A program made the translations under genes and the position numbers. 61,199 nt of DNA from an uncultured virus (IMG/VR IMGVR_UViG_3300038365_000169) (lineage: Duplodnaviria > Heunggongvirae > Uroviricota > Caudoviricetes), in IMG/VR virus record IMGVR_UViG_3300038365_000169. One strand, 5' to 3'. Under the pieces are notes generated by a model. That model saw only the letters and a list, made by a program, of their open reading frames with translations. It made no database searches and was not told the DNA's origin. Positions 49,035 through 57,525 of the stretch are shown here, piece after piece. How positions within the stretch are numbered: position 1 is the stretch's first letter; every line of letters begins with the position of its first letter.

Positions 49035-50138
49035 CTATTCGGGGTCCCAGTCCTTTAAAACTTTCGCTTTCAAAAGGGGCTCCCTGCCGAAAAGCTCATT
49101 TATGACCACAGGTATGTTCTCACCTGCGGCAATCTGGTGGTTCAAATGCATCTTTAGTTCGTCCGTAAACACCATATACTGTGTGTTTAACCTGAAACCT
49201 GTGTCCGAAGGTATTAGCCTTTGGCATAGTATTAGGCTTAGGTTGGCAATTACGTCATGCATTATGCCCTCATTTTGCCCCACCAGCATGTTGTACATGC
49301 GGGATATGGTGTCGCCGCAGTCAGACGCATGAAAGCTGGATATGACGCCATGGCCCGTTCGTGATGCTTCCACCAATGTTTCCACCGTTTCTCGGTCACG
49401 TGTTTCACCCACATTTACAAAGTTTGGATGCTCACGCAGGCTCTGCTTGACGCCATCAGCAAAGTTCTTAAAGTCCACCCTCAGCTCCTTTTGAAGAATG
49501 TTTACATTTTCGGATGAGGGAAATACGTATTCAACTGGGTCCTCCAGTGATATGATCGTTGTGTTGTTCATCACCCCGCCAGGTAGGGAGAAATCCCTCA
49601 TGCATGCTGCAAGGGTGGTGGTCTTGCCGGAGCCCGTTACGCCCACAAATAGTGTGATGCCCTGACGCTTCGCAATTACCTGCTTCAGTATCCTCTCAAT
49701 GTCAGAAGGAAAGTTTATCTTGCTGAATGATGGAAGCTCCTTGGTGATCATTCTGAATGTTGCGATGTTTTTGCCCATTGAGAAGCCCACTGAAACTCGA
49801 TAGCGTAGCTCGTTTACCGTCGATAGCCCCTCTGCATCCACACCTGGTTCTGAGATCACATATGAAAGGTCCAGCATCTTTTTGCGCACATAGGCAGCGT
49901 TATTCTCGGAGGTGATGGCCTCCTTGGCCCATGCGTTCCATATCTTGGCGGTCACAGGATGGGTTGGAACGGTGTAAAGAAGGCCCCATCTGGTGATGTA
50001 TGGCTCCTGTCCAACCTTTATGTATAGGTCTGAGCATTCGTTTTCGGTGCAAAACCGCAGCAGCATGTCAATGTCTGGCATTTTGTTTTGGAACTGCTCT
50101 AGATTTAATGAGCTGGTTCTGACTATTTTGAGCGCCAC
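49035..50138 (-). CDS. PilT/VirB11-family secretion ATPase
   Basis: CSDLYI, GVTGSGKTTT, EDPVEY, LREHPN...GETRD, TGHGVISSFHA. Confidence 0.9.
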   Translation of the reverse strand: MALKIVRTSSLNLEQFQNKMPDIDMLLRFCTENECSDLYIKVGQEPYITRWGLLYTVPTHPVTAKIWNAWAKEAITSENNAAYVRKKMLDLSYVISEPGVDAEGLSTVNELRYRVSVGFSMGKNIATFRMITKELPSFSKINFPSDIERILKQVIAKRQGITLFVGVTGSGKTTTLAACMRDFSLPGGVMNNTTIISLEDPVEYVFPSSENVNILQKELRVDFKNFADGVKQSLREHPNFVNVGETRDRETVETLVEASRTGHGVISSFHASDCGDTISRMYNMLVGQNEGIMHDVIANLSLILCQRLIPSDTGFRLNTQYMVFTDELKMHLNHQIAAGENIPVVINELFGREPLLKAKVLKDWDPE

Positions 50139-50141
50139 AGC

Positions 50142-50753
50142 TTACACCTCCTTAATGTCTAAAATAATGTTATTTATGATCTGCTTCGCTGACGTGGATG
50201 TTACCTGCGTTAATGGAAGGCTCATGGGGTTTCCCACGGTCCATAGGTTTTTGCCGACCTCAGAGAAAACTACGCCTAAAACTTTTGAATCCTTCCATTC
50301 CTCAAAATATACTATCTTGCGGCAGAATGGTTCTGGAAGAAACTCGGCAAAATTTATGTAGTCGAATAGCTCAGCTGACATGTATGACCATGACTGCTGC
50401 TCTAAGCGGGATGAGTTTCCTATGAGATACCATACGTGATGAAGTCGTGCCTTTCCACCGCCCTTTTTGACCGGTATTACCGCTGTTACGGATATGTTTC
50501 CGACCACCGTAACCATCCTTAGGCTGCAGACTTCTGGATCCCTTACCTGCTCGGCAAATGGTTCCAGCAGGCCCTCTAACTCGGGGTGCCTGGCAGCAGA
50601 TACAAATCTGCCCTCTGCTGCTGAAATGATGTCCAAATGTCGGAAGGGGACATGCAGTGAGTGGTCCAAATAAAGCATTTGCTCCATTATGTCCAAGGTG
50701 TCATGATAGACTATGTTCTGCTCGCCCATGTCAATGCCCCCTGGGCTGACCAC
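50142..50753 (-). CDS. Hypothetical protein in transfer operon
   Basis: ORF in tight gene run. Confidence 0.6.
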   Translation of the reverse strand: MVSPGGIDMGEQNIVYHDTLDIMEQMLYLDHSLHVPFRHLDIISAAEGRFVSAARHPELEGLLEPFAEQVRDPEVCSLRMVTVVGNISVTAVIPVKKGGGKARLHHVWYLIGNSSRLEQQSWSYMSAELFDYINFAEFLPEPFCRKIVYFEEWKDSKVLGVVFSEVGKNLWTVGNPMSLPLTQVTSTSAKQIINNIILDIKEV

Positions 50754-51483
50754 GTAGGATGTAGCTTACGTCACCCTGTTGAATGCGCTCGTTAAGACCC
50801 TCTGAGTTTACCACAAATATTATGCCACCATTATGCGAGCGATACCTGTAAAGCTTGTATTTGACCAAAAGCGGAAACCAGTCAGGTGTACTGGACTGCA
50901 CCAAAATGTCTCCCTCACGAATTTCATCCAAGGATACCACATAGTCCCTTGATATTACGGAAAATCCGAACAAATCCTGGTTCGTTCCCTTGACCTCCTC
51001 AGGAACCATTCGGTAGGAAAGAAGAAAATACGTTAAAAAAATCATCACCAGAAATAAAATGCATAATAGGGCAAGCTTGACACCCTTAAGAATCTTGCGG
51101 CCCCTTTTCCCGGTCTCCTCCAATATGACAAAATCGTCAGAAATTGGCACTGCGCCCTCTAGAACTATCATGTCACTTTTGCCCTTGCTTTTGGGCTTTT
51201 TCTTCCTTTTCTCCCTTTTGTTTTTCTTGCCCTCCCCACGTACGGTGGACTTCCACTCGTCCTCATGGGTGCTGATGTTCACCATGCCATCCATGCCTGG
51301 ATCGTCATCGGTGTCTATTTCAACCATTTCCTCAGCAATGACAAAGGGCTCGTCATCCTCAGGCAAAACATACCCTTGAAGGTCGCCCTCCAATTCCTCA
51401 ACATCTAGGAGTGCCACAGCAGCTGATGTGTTGTCGGCAATTTCGGGGCTCTCTGAATGGTCCCAGTTTTTTACCTTCCTCAC
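50731..51483 (-). CDS. Single-pass membrane protein; C-terminus weakly S26-peptidase-like
   Basis: Acidic N-terminus, TM, LDEIREGDILV. Confidence 0.5.
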   Translation of the reverse strand: MRKVKNWDHSESPEIADNTSAAVALLDVEELEGDLQGYVLPEDDEPFVIAEEMVEIDTDDDPGMDGMVNISTHEDEWKSTVRGEGKKNKREKRKKKPKSKGKSDMIVLEGAVPISDDFVILEETGKRGRKILKGVKLALLCILFLVMIFLTYFLLSYRMVPEEVKGTNQDLFGFSVISRDYVVSLDEIREGDILVQSSTPDWFPLLVKYKLYRYRSHNGGIIFVVNSEGLNERIQQGDVSYILRGQPRGH

Positions 51484-51501
51484 GGCCCATCACCCCTTTC
51501 A

Positions 51502-52065
51502 TTACCATTCGTCATCCTGAAGCTTTTTGCTCCTTGCACGCTTGTACCTCATGTTGGGAAACTGGTAGAAGTACCTGTCGTCCACATTTTTTACCAAAGT
51601 TTCCACCATGTTGTCGGGGCCCTCAGCGTAGAAAATTATGCCCACCGCTCCGCTCTTCTTGAACTGTGACATGAAGAAAACGGCCAAACCGGTGGAGATG
51701 TCAAAATCCAAAATTGGAATCATCACCCATTTGCTGCGCACCTCTCCGGCAAAAATGCTGAAGAAGTCCTCAATTCTCTCCTTTTTCTTCCATTCGGCGC
51801 TATCGTCACCAATGTAGGAGGCAATCACCTGGCCGTCGATGATTTCAATTTCCTCATTCTTGACCTTGCCGCTCTCAATTAAGTAGCGGCAGATCTTATA
51901 GCATAATGGCTCGCTGTTGGCTGCAATGGTCACAAAATGCTCCATGGATATTAGCATGATTTCGTCCAACCTGGATAGGTTGGCCTTGGTGTCTTTTTTG
52001 AAGCGAACGTCAAAAATGGCCCTATCCTGCCATTTAAGAATTTCCTTCTTGGTGTCAAACTTCAT
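51502..52065 (-). CDS. Hypothetical protein
   Basis: 187-aa ORF with GGAGG RBS. Confidence 0.65.
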   Translation of the reverse strand: MKFDTKKEILKWQDRAIFDVRFKKDTKANLSRLDEIMLISMEHFVTIAANSEPLCYKICRYLIESGKVKNEEIEIIDGQVIASYIGDDSAEWKKKERIEDFFSIFAGEVRSKWVMIPILDFDISTGLAVFFMSQFKKSGAVGIIFYAEGPDNMVETLVKNVDDRYFYQFPNMRYKRARSKKLQDDEW

Positions 52066-52098
52066 CTACTCCATCCTCCTCCTAACTCATAGTTTGCC

Positions 52099-52362
52099 CT
52101 ATACATATATTTTGGTGGTTTCAACATAGTTCAAAAATAGCCCGGAGCCAAACTCCCTAAGCTGATTCTTGGAGATGCCGCGCTCCAGCAAAAATGTGAA
52201 GAGCTGGTACGGTATCTCGTCAGCGCACCTTCTGCGCTTGAACCTGTTGATTGAGCCGTTATTCTCCCTATATTCGTAGGGCTCCTCGTCGGGGCTCATT
52301 ACCACCGCTGGGTTTAAAATGTACTCCGACAATTGTTCCCTTATGGTGTCATTCCAGTTCAT
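52099..52362 (-). CDS. Hypothetical protein
   Basis: 87-aa ORF with RBS. Confidence 0.55.
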   Translation of the reverse strand: MNWNDTIREQLSEYILNPAVVMSPDEEPYEYRENNGSINRFKRRRCADEIPYQLFTFLLERGISKNQLREFGSGLFLNYVETTKIYV

Positions 52363-52365
52363 TGC

Positions 52366-52656
52366 TTAGCCCTCCATGTTAAGGAAGTTTACAATCCTTT
52401 CCACCTGCTCGTCCTTCAACTTGCCAAGATTGCTGAAAAACTCCATAATGGTTTCCTTCTGGGACTGTATGGTGATGCTGGACGGCTGGTTTTCAATCTG
52501 TACCTCGTACATGCCGCGCTGCAGCTTCCTTAGCTCCATGGCTGAGCCGCCCTCGTCCCCAAGAATATGGCAGCACCTTCCCTTGCCAACAAGTTCGTCA
52601 GGGGAGGAGCACTCGCTGTATCCTCCGTCCTTTCTGGGTCTGATCATGGTGGTCAT
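52366..52656 (-). CDS. Small protein carrying the GKGRCxH module
   Basis: DGGYSECSSPDELVGKGRCCH; GGAGG RBS. Confidence 0.7.
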   Translation of the reverse strand: MTTMIRPRKDGGYSECSSPDELVGKGRCCHILGDEGGSAMELRKLQRGMYEVQIENQPSSITIQSQKETIMEFFSNLGKLKDEQVERIVNFLNMEG

Positions 52657-52728
52657 GTTGTGTACACCTCCTTATATTTATATACTTTTATATAGCTTTA
52701 CGGCATTTTTGAGCTTCATATGGACCCA

Positions 52729-53178
52729 TTATACCGCAGCAAAAATGGAGCTAACTCCGTTGTCCTCCATCAAAAATGATATGAAATGAACATTTTCCTC
52801 CCGTAGCTCCTTGAAGCTGTAGTCCCTGTTCTCCAGGGTGCGCATGGCAAACTTTTTTACGCACTTTCCCTGATTTTTTTCCTTCTCGAGCCACTTCCTG
52901 CGGAACTCAAGATCTGCTGTCCTTTGGGCCTCAAGCAGAAGCATGTATTCGTCCAAAGTTTTGAAATGGATGTTCACCGCATCGGGGTGCTGACCGTCGC
53001 CTATACGCACGATAAGGTCCGAAATATACTCGTAAACAATAAGGTCCTGCTTGTTGCTATTGGTGATTTCAACTGGTGTGTTCACTGCGTAGGCAAACAC
53101 CCATTTCCCCCCATCATACCTTAATGAATGGATCTCGCAGCTGGGAATGGGTAGGTCATACTCCAATATTTGAAACAA
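52729..53178 (-). CDS. Hypothetical protein
   Basis: TTG start with GGAGG RBS. Confidence 0.6.
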   Translation of the reverse strand: MFQILEYDLPIPSCEIHSLRYDGGKWVFAYAVNTPVEITNSNKQDLIVYEYISDLIVRIGDGQHPDAVNIHFKTLDEYMLLLEAQRTADLEFRRKWLEKEKNQGKCVKKFAMRTLENRDYSFKELREENVHFISFLMEDNGVSSIFAAV

Positions 53179-53199
53179 AACCCTCTCACCTCCCTTCCA

Positions 53200-53844
53200 T
53201 CATTGCCATTTCATGCCAAGCAGCTCCTTGCTGGTTTTGCCGCTGGTGTCCATGTCTGGTAGTATCTCAAGCTCGCCGACAGAGGTGAATCGGAATTTCC
53301 CCGCACATACCTTTTTGTTAAGCATGGTGCTTTGCTTGCTTCCCCTGGCCCTTTCTATGGTTAGAAGCCATTTGTCGCGTTGGTCCAATGGTGTGCCGGA
53401 CCTCTGGAAAAGGGCCTCCAGGTCCTCAACCTCCTGAACCTCCTCCAACTCGTCCCGCTGGGGTAATGGCTGCTGCCTTTGAATTTGCCCCTCTTGTTCA
53501 ACTGAGGAAACTAATTGTGATTTTTCAACGTTTTCCTGATTTTTCTTTCTGCCAAGATTTAACCTTAAGGATTTGCCCACATGCTGCTCGGGTTGGCCCT
53601 GCAGCTCAACATGTTTTTGGGGTAATGGCTGCTGCTTTGGTTGCTCGGGTTCAACACCCTTTACCACAACCCGCTCCACAGTGCGCCTTAGGCCCATCTC
53701 CTTGGCGCGGAGCTCGTCCTCTGTGAGTGTCTGTTCATTTTCCTGGTTGAGAACCCTTTGCTCTACCATCTGCTGGTTCACTTGCTTCTTTATTTTGCCG
53801 TCATCAGAAAAGCTTTCTAAAAACTCTCCAAGCTTGGAACCCAT
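53200..53844 (-). CDS. Hypothetical Q/E-rich protein
   Basis: 214-aa ORF with RBS; QQPLPQ twice. Confidence 0.6.
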   Translation of the reverse strand: MGSKLGEFLESFSDDGKIKKQVNQQMVEQRVLNQENEQTLTEDELRAKEMGLRRTVERVVVKGVEPEQPKQQPLPQKHVELQGQPEQHVGKSLRLNLGRKKNQENVEKSQLVSSVEQEGQIQRQQPLPQRDELEEVQEVEDLEALFQRSGTPLDQRDKWLLTIERARGSKQSTMLNKKVCAGKFRFTSVGELEILPDMDTSGKTSKELLGMKWQ

Positions 53845-53856
53845 AGCTTCACCTCC

Positions 53857-54750
53857 CTACTTGATAAATATGAACCACACTAAAAATAGGTTTACACCCG
53901 TTAGTATGAAGTTAAGAATAATGTTCACCGTGCCGCCCGTCGTGATGGCAAATTTGCCGCCAAATAGGTACGGTTTCCACCACATTCTGAAACCGATGCC
54001 CCTTCTGGTTTTTACCGGCGTGGGTATGGGAAAGAACAACGGTGCACTACCCTTGGTAAGCAAGTCACCAATGATATGAAACAGGTAACCCAACGATATG
54101 GCCGTACCAATCAACTTAAGCTGAGACAAGGGCATTCTCCACATGCTCCATATGGACAGCACCAGGAAGAGCCAGCAGAAGATCTGAGTGGACCTTTGTC
54201 TTCTCAAGAGACTCAACACCTTGTAGAAGAACATGGAAGCACCCAGGTAAACACTTATGGCACCCAAGAAGATCATGGTATAAACGGATGCCGGCACAGA
54301 GGTCCAACCCATGGATGCCGGCGATGCATTTGATGACGGATATGCGAACCAATTAAAGGCAAATATCACAACAGCAACAAATGGTGCATGAAAGAACATG
54401 CGGTGCTGGCTGGGCGGTTTCTCGTCATGCTTGGTGTGCATGATGTTCCAAATTACCCCTGATATAACCACGGCTACAATCGAAAGGCCCTGGCCAAGAA
54501 ATCCGAGCTGGTACACCGCCGTGGAGCCTCCCTCCTGCAACGGGGAGGAGTCCAGATCCGGCAGCAATGACGCTCCCCCTATGACCAAAAAGACCATAAA
54601 GGCAAAGATCCAGCTCTGCATGATGGCGCTAACGTAGCTCTGAGCCATGGCGATTGGGGTCAACCAGATGAGGAAGAACAGCATCAATGCGATCAGCCAG
54701 TGGGTAAAACCGCTAAATCCCGCATGTTCCGACATAAGCAACCTACGCAT
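53857..54750 (-). CDS. Membrane-bound metal-dependent hydrolase (YdjM family)
   Basis: GFTH, GASLLPDLD, HRMFFH, GYLFHIIGDLLT..G.PLFFP. Confidence 0.8.
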   Translation of the reverse strand: MRRLLMSEHAGFSGFTHWLIALMLFFLIWLTPIAMAQSYVSAIMQSWIFAFMVFLVIGGASLLPDLDSSPLQEGGSTAVYQLGFLGQGLSIVAVVISGVIWNIMHTKHDEKPPSQHRMFFHAPFVAVVIFAFNWFAYPSSNASPASMGWTSVPASVYTMIFLGAISVYLGASMFFYKVLSLLRRQRSTQIFCWLFLVLSIWSMWRMPLSQLKLIGTAISLGYLFHIIGDLLTKGSAPLFFPIPTPVKTRRGIGFRMWWKPYLFGGKFAITTGGTVNIILNFILTGVNLFLVWFIFIK

Positions 54751-54790
54751 TTGCGTTCACCTCCTTAACATTAAATGGGTTTTAGTCAAA

Positions 54791-55786
54791 TTACTGTAGC
54801 ATTGACTCCAGCTCCTTGACCGTTACAATTTTGACCTCGCCGTCGGGTGTTTTGACCTCCAGCTGGTCGGTGTCCTTCATCCTGTGGTTGAATATCATGA
54901 CCTCATCCGTTGGGCACTGTGGTCTGAAGTCCTTTATGTCGTTTAGGCCCAGCTTGGCCATTTCCCTGTTTCGTGCGTACATGCACTCCCTCATGACCCT
55001 TAGTATCTCGGCGCACTCACGAACGTTGTTCGCCACCGCCACAACATTTTTCTTGCCCTTGTATGACTCAAACTCTGTAACCTTTAGGTCCACCAAAGCT
55101 ACAGCGATCTCCTCGCCGTGGGTCAAGCAGTGCAGTATGATGTTTCTCAGTGTGACTGAGTTATGATGCATTAGGTCGCATGTTTCAAACCTATGATCGT
55201 TTGTTTCCACGCAGAAAACCCTCCTGTCACCCAGGCATTTGCCGGATAAAACGGCATGCCCGTTGCACAGAAGCTCCTCACCCATATGGGCTAGATCGAC
55301 CACCAAACGCACGGGGAGCCAGAATTCAACCTCTGATACCTTTGAGGGGTCTGACTCCACCGCGACATCACGTATCTCCATGGGTGCTAGACGCTTCATG
55401 CCCTCGAGTGCTACTGCACCCTCAACCTTAACTAGACCGATTTGGCCAAAAAGAGCGTTTAACTCGCCATGCGTCATGGTGCCCTTAAGAACCTCGTCTA
55501 AATTGCTGTAGTATGCATGCCTGTCCATAAGAGTGGGGATCTCATACCCGGTGAAGTTGTCTCGAACCCATTGCTTGCCGGCTAAGGTCATCTTGGATAT
55601 GTCAATCAGAAGCAGGTGGTCCTCCGATAGAACGCAGGATTTTTTGCCGTACTCGGTGATAAAGCCGGACCTCTTGCGGTACTTGATTTCGTAGCAGACA
55701 GCCGTGTATTCCACATGTCGACGCACAACAGTGGACCCGTTGGAAAATTTGTCCCCCACCTCCACCTCTGACCATTTCTTTAGCAA
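54791..55786 (-). CDS. Large C-type split-intein fragment (55160..55786) fused to the post-Walker-A segment of an FtsK/TcpA-like ATPase
   Basis: Starts KKWSEVEVGD (no block A start); block B LSEDHLL; block F/G VFCVETNDHRFETCDLMHHN, then S+1 VTLRNII...VDLKVTEF...RECMYARN. Confidence 0.85.
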   Translation of the reverse strand: MLKKWSEVEVGDKFSNGSTVVRRHVEYTAVCYEIKYRKRSGFITEYGKKSCVLSEDHLLLIDISKMTLAGKQWVRDNFTGYEIPTLMDRHAYYSNLDEVLKGTMTHGELNALFGQIGLVKVEGAVALEGMKRLAPMEIRDVAVESDPSKVSEVEFWLPVRLVVDLAHMGEELLCNGHAVLSGKCLGDRRVFCVETNDHRFETCDLMHHNSVTLRNIILHCLTHGEEIAVALVDLKVTEFESYKGKKNVVAVANNVRECAEILRVMRECMYARNREMAKLGLNDIKDFRPQCPTDEVMIFNHRMKDTDQLEVKTPDGEVKIVTVKELESMLQ

Positions 55787-55812
55787 GCTCTATTCACCTC
55801 CAATGCTTCTTT

Positions 55813-55968
55813 TTAATGCGTTGCCATGATGGCCACCCTTATACCATCCGGCTCAGGGATGTGATCGAAGGGGGTTGGTTTTGAGCGCCCCATGAACCAA
55901 AAGGCTGTGGCCAACACAATCGCAGTGATAGCAACAGTTAAAATTGCTATTGATGTGGATTTTCTCAA
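55813..55968 (-). CDS. Small membrane/exported peptide (51 aa), not in ORF track
   Basis: GGAGG RBS + TTG; MRKSTSIAILTVAITAIVLATAFWF... Confidence 0.5.
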   Translation of the reverse strand: MRKSTSIAILTVAITAIVLATAFWFMGRSKPTPFDHIPEPDGIRVAIMATH

Positions 55969-55990
55969 GATAAACCCTCCTGTAGGGGAA

Positions 55991-56022
55991 TGGAGCCTGA
56001 AGATTTACGTCTTCACGCTCCA
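55991..56022. terminator. Stem-loop, probable terminator
   Basis: tggagc-c-tgaaga / tcttca-c-gctcca inverted repeat after the stop at 56057. Confidence 0.45.
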
Positions 56023-56056
56023 ATGCCTATTTTTGGCGCTTTAATGCCCATTAGCG

Positions 56057-56521
56057 CTAGTCCTGCTCTATGACGCTCTCCTGCTGGTGCGGCCTGACCC
56101 AGGAGTTTAATGACGTTCTGAACTCCCCAAACTGAACGACAGCATTTCTTCCGTCCCAGTAAACATAGCATTCGTTGCATTGGTCGCTGCCGGATATCAG
56201 ACCGGCATTTCTCAGCATGGTGTTGTATTCGGCCAATGGGTTGTATGGATGGTTGGTAAGGGGAAGGTTGCCCGTATAATTTCCTGCTGGTATCCTTACG
56301 TTGTCCATGTAGCTGTTAACCGCCACATTTATGCTGGAGATGTAGGCAAGATTGTCCGCCATGGCCACCGCCTGTGAATCCCACGATAACCTCACAGAGG
56401 CGAACAGTATGAAGGAGCAGATTACCATGGTGGTGATGAAGTATAGACCGCCAATGCCGCGATGCTCCTGACGCAAGCATCCAAGCAGTGGTGCTTGATC
56501 TGGTCCAGCCAGCGTACCCAT
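56057..56521 (-). CDS. Pseudopilin/TadE-G-like protein (start uncertain)
   Basis: QEHRG followed by hydrophobic helix; directly downstream of Flp pilin. Confidence 0.5.
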   Translation of the reverse strand: MGTLAGPDQAPLLGCLRQEHRGIGGLYFITTMVICSFILFASVRLSWDSQAVAMADNLAYISSINVAVNSYMDNVRIPAGNYTGNLPLTNHPYNPLAEYNTMLRNAGLISGSDQCNECYVYWDGRNAVVQFGEFRTSLNSWVRPHQQESVIEQD

Positions 56522-56742
56522 TACGGTGCGCCTGTGCCCAGCGGGTTCTGCCCGTTGTTCTGAATGAACAATGCGATCTCCTGTGCCTTCTTTACCACTT
56601 CGTCAGCGAGAAAGCCCCAGGCCGTAAAGATGGCTACAGCCATGATCACCAAAATGATGACGTACTCGAACGCCACTGCACCCTGATGCTCCTCTACGAG
56701 CTCCCTTTGGACCTCCTGTGCAATTCTTTTGATCCTGAACAT
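56521..56742 (-). CDS. Flp family type IVb pilin
   Basis: HQG/AVAFEYVIILVIMAVAI (G-x4-EY Flp motif), 73 aa. Confidence 0.8.
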   Translation of the reverse strand: MFRIKRIAQEVQRELVEEHQGAVAFEYVIILVIMAVAIFTAWGFLADEVVKKAQEIALFIQNNGQNPLGTGAP

Positions 56743-56856
56743 GCTTGGTTTCCCTCCCTTTCTGAGGCATTATTTTAATGCTACCAATTTTGTCTCCATA
56801 TGGCCATGAATCTGGGATTCATAACTATTATATAGTAAAGCCTCTAATGCGGCCTA

Positions 56857-57477
56857 TCATCGCCTGCCTGCTATATATTCAACCGTTCTCTGGTGGTCCC
56901 TCTGCTCCTGTGTGACCGGCTGAAAGTAGTTTCTGTTCCAGTACACGCTCCTGGTGTCCCATGCCCTTTGCGCCTCCAGTAGCTCCCTGTTTAGCTTGCC
57001 CTCCACCTGCAGAGCGGTAACCCTTACCTGCAGGTCCAGCCACTGGCAGATCACCTTGGACCTCTTGTCCAATGAGAATAGATGCAGCGGGTGGAACTCC
57101 TCTGCGTCCCACGGTAGGTTTTTGACCCTGTCAAGATCCATCTGGTGCATGCGTATCTCGTAGCCGACGTCAAGCGTCTCATGAACGTCCAAACACACCA
57201 GCCACCTCCTGCGGGCCCTTCTGCCCCAAAGCTCCCATATGCCGGAAAGCCCCTCCACCTGGTCGGGTCTGTATGGGTCGACCACCAAGTTCATGGGTTC
57301 AACCGCCACCAGCTCGGGGTTGGGCCTGCTGTAGTACAGCGCCCTGTTCCACCTGGATGGCTCTGGTACGTAAAATGGGTCCTCAACGCCAAAGTTCTTC
57401 TGGTTCTTGGGGCCGACGAACAGTGACTGATATTCGCCCTCCATGTTGCACATCACCGTCCCCTCTAAAAAGGCCAA
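56857..57477 (-). CDS. Hypothetical protein
   Basis: Long ORF; start uncertain. Confidence 0.5.
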   Translation of the reverse strand: MAFLEGTVMCNMEGEYQSLFVGPKNQKNFGVEDPFYVPEPSRWNRALYYSRPNPELVAVEPMNLVVDPYRPDQVEGLSGIWELWGRRARRRWLVCLDVHETLDVGYEIRMHQMDLDRVKNLPWDAEEFHPLHLFSLDKRSKVICQWLDLQVRVTALQVEGKLNRELLEAQRAWDTRSVYWNRNYFQPVTQEQRDHQRTVEYIAGRR

Positions 57478-57525
57478 ATAAAATGACCATGAATTTTATG
57501 ATTTTTCTGCAGCTTACCCCTGCCT

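Noticed and set aside
53459..53635. 18-bp direct repeat (53459-53476, 53618-53635)
   Set aside because: Only two copies, encoding QQPLPQ in a low-complexity protein; not CRISPR or iteron
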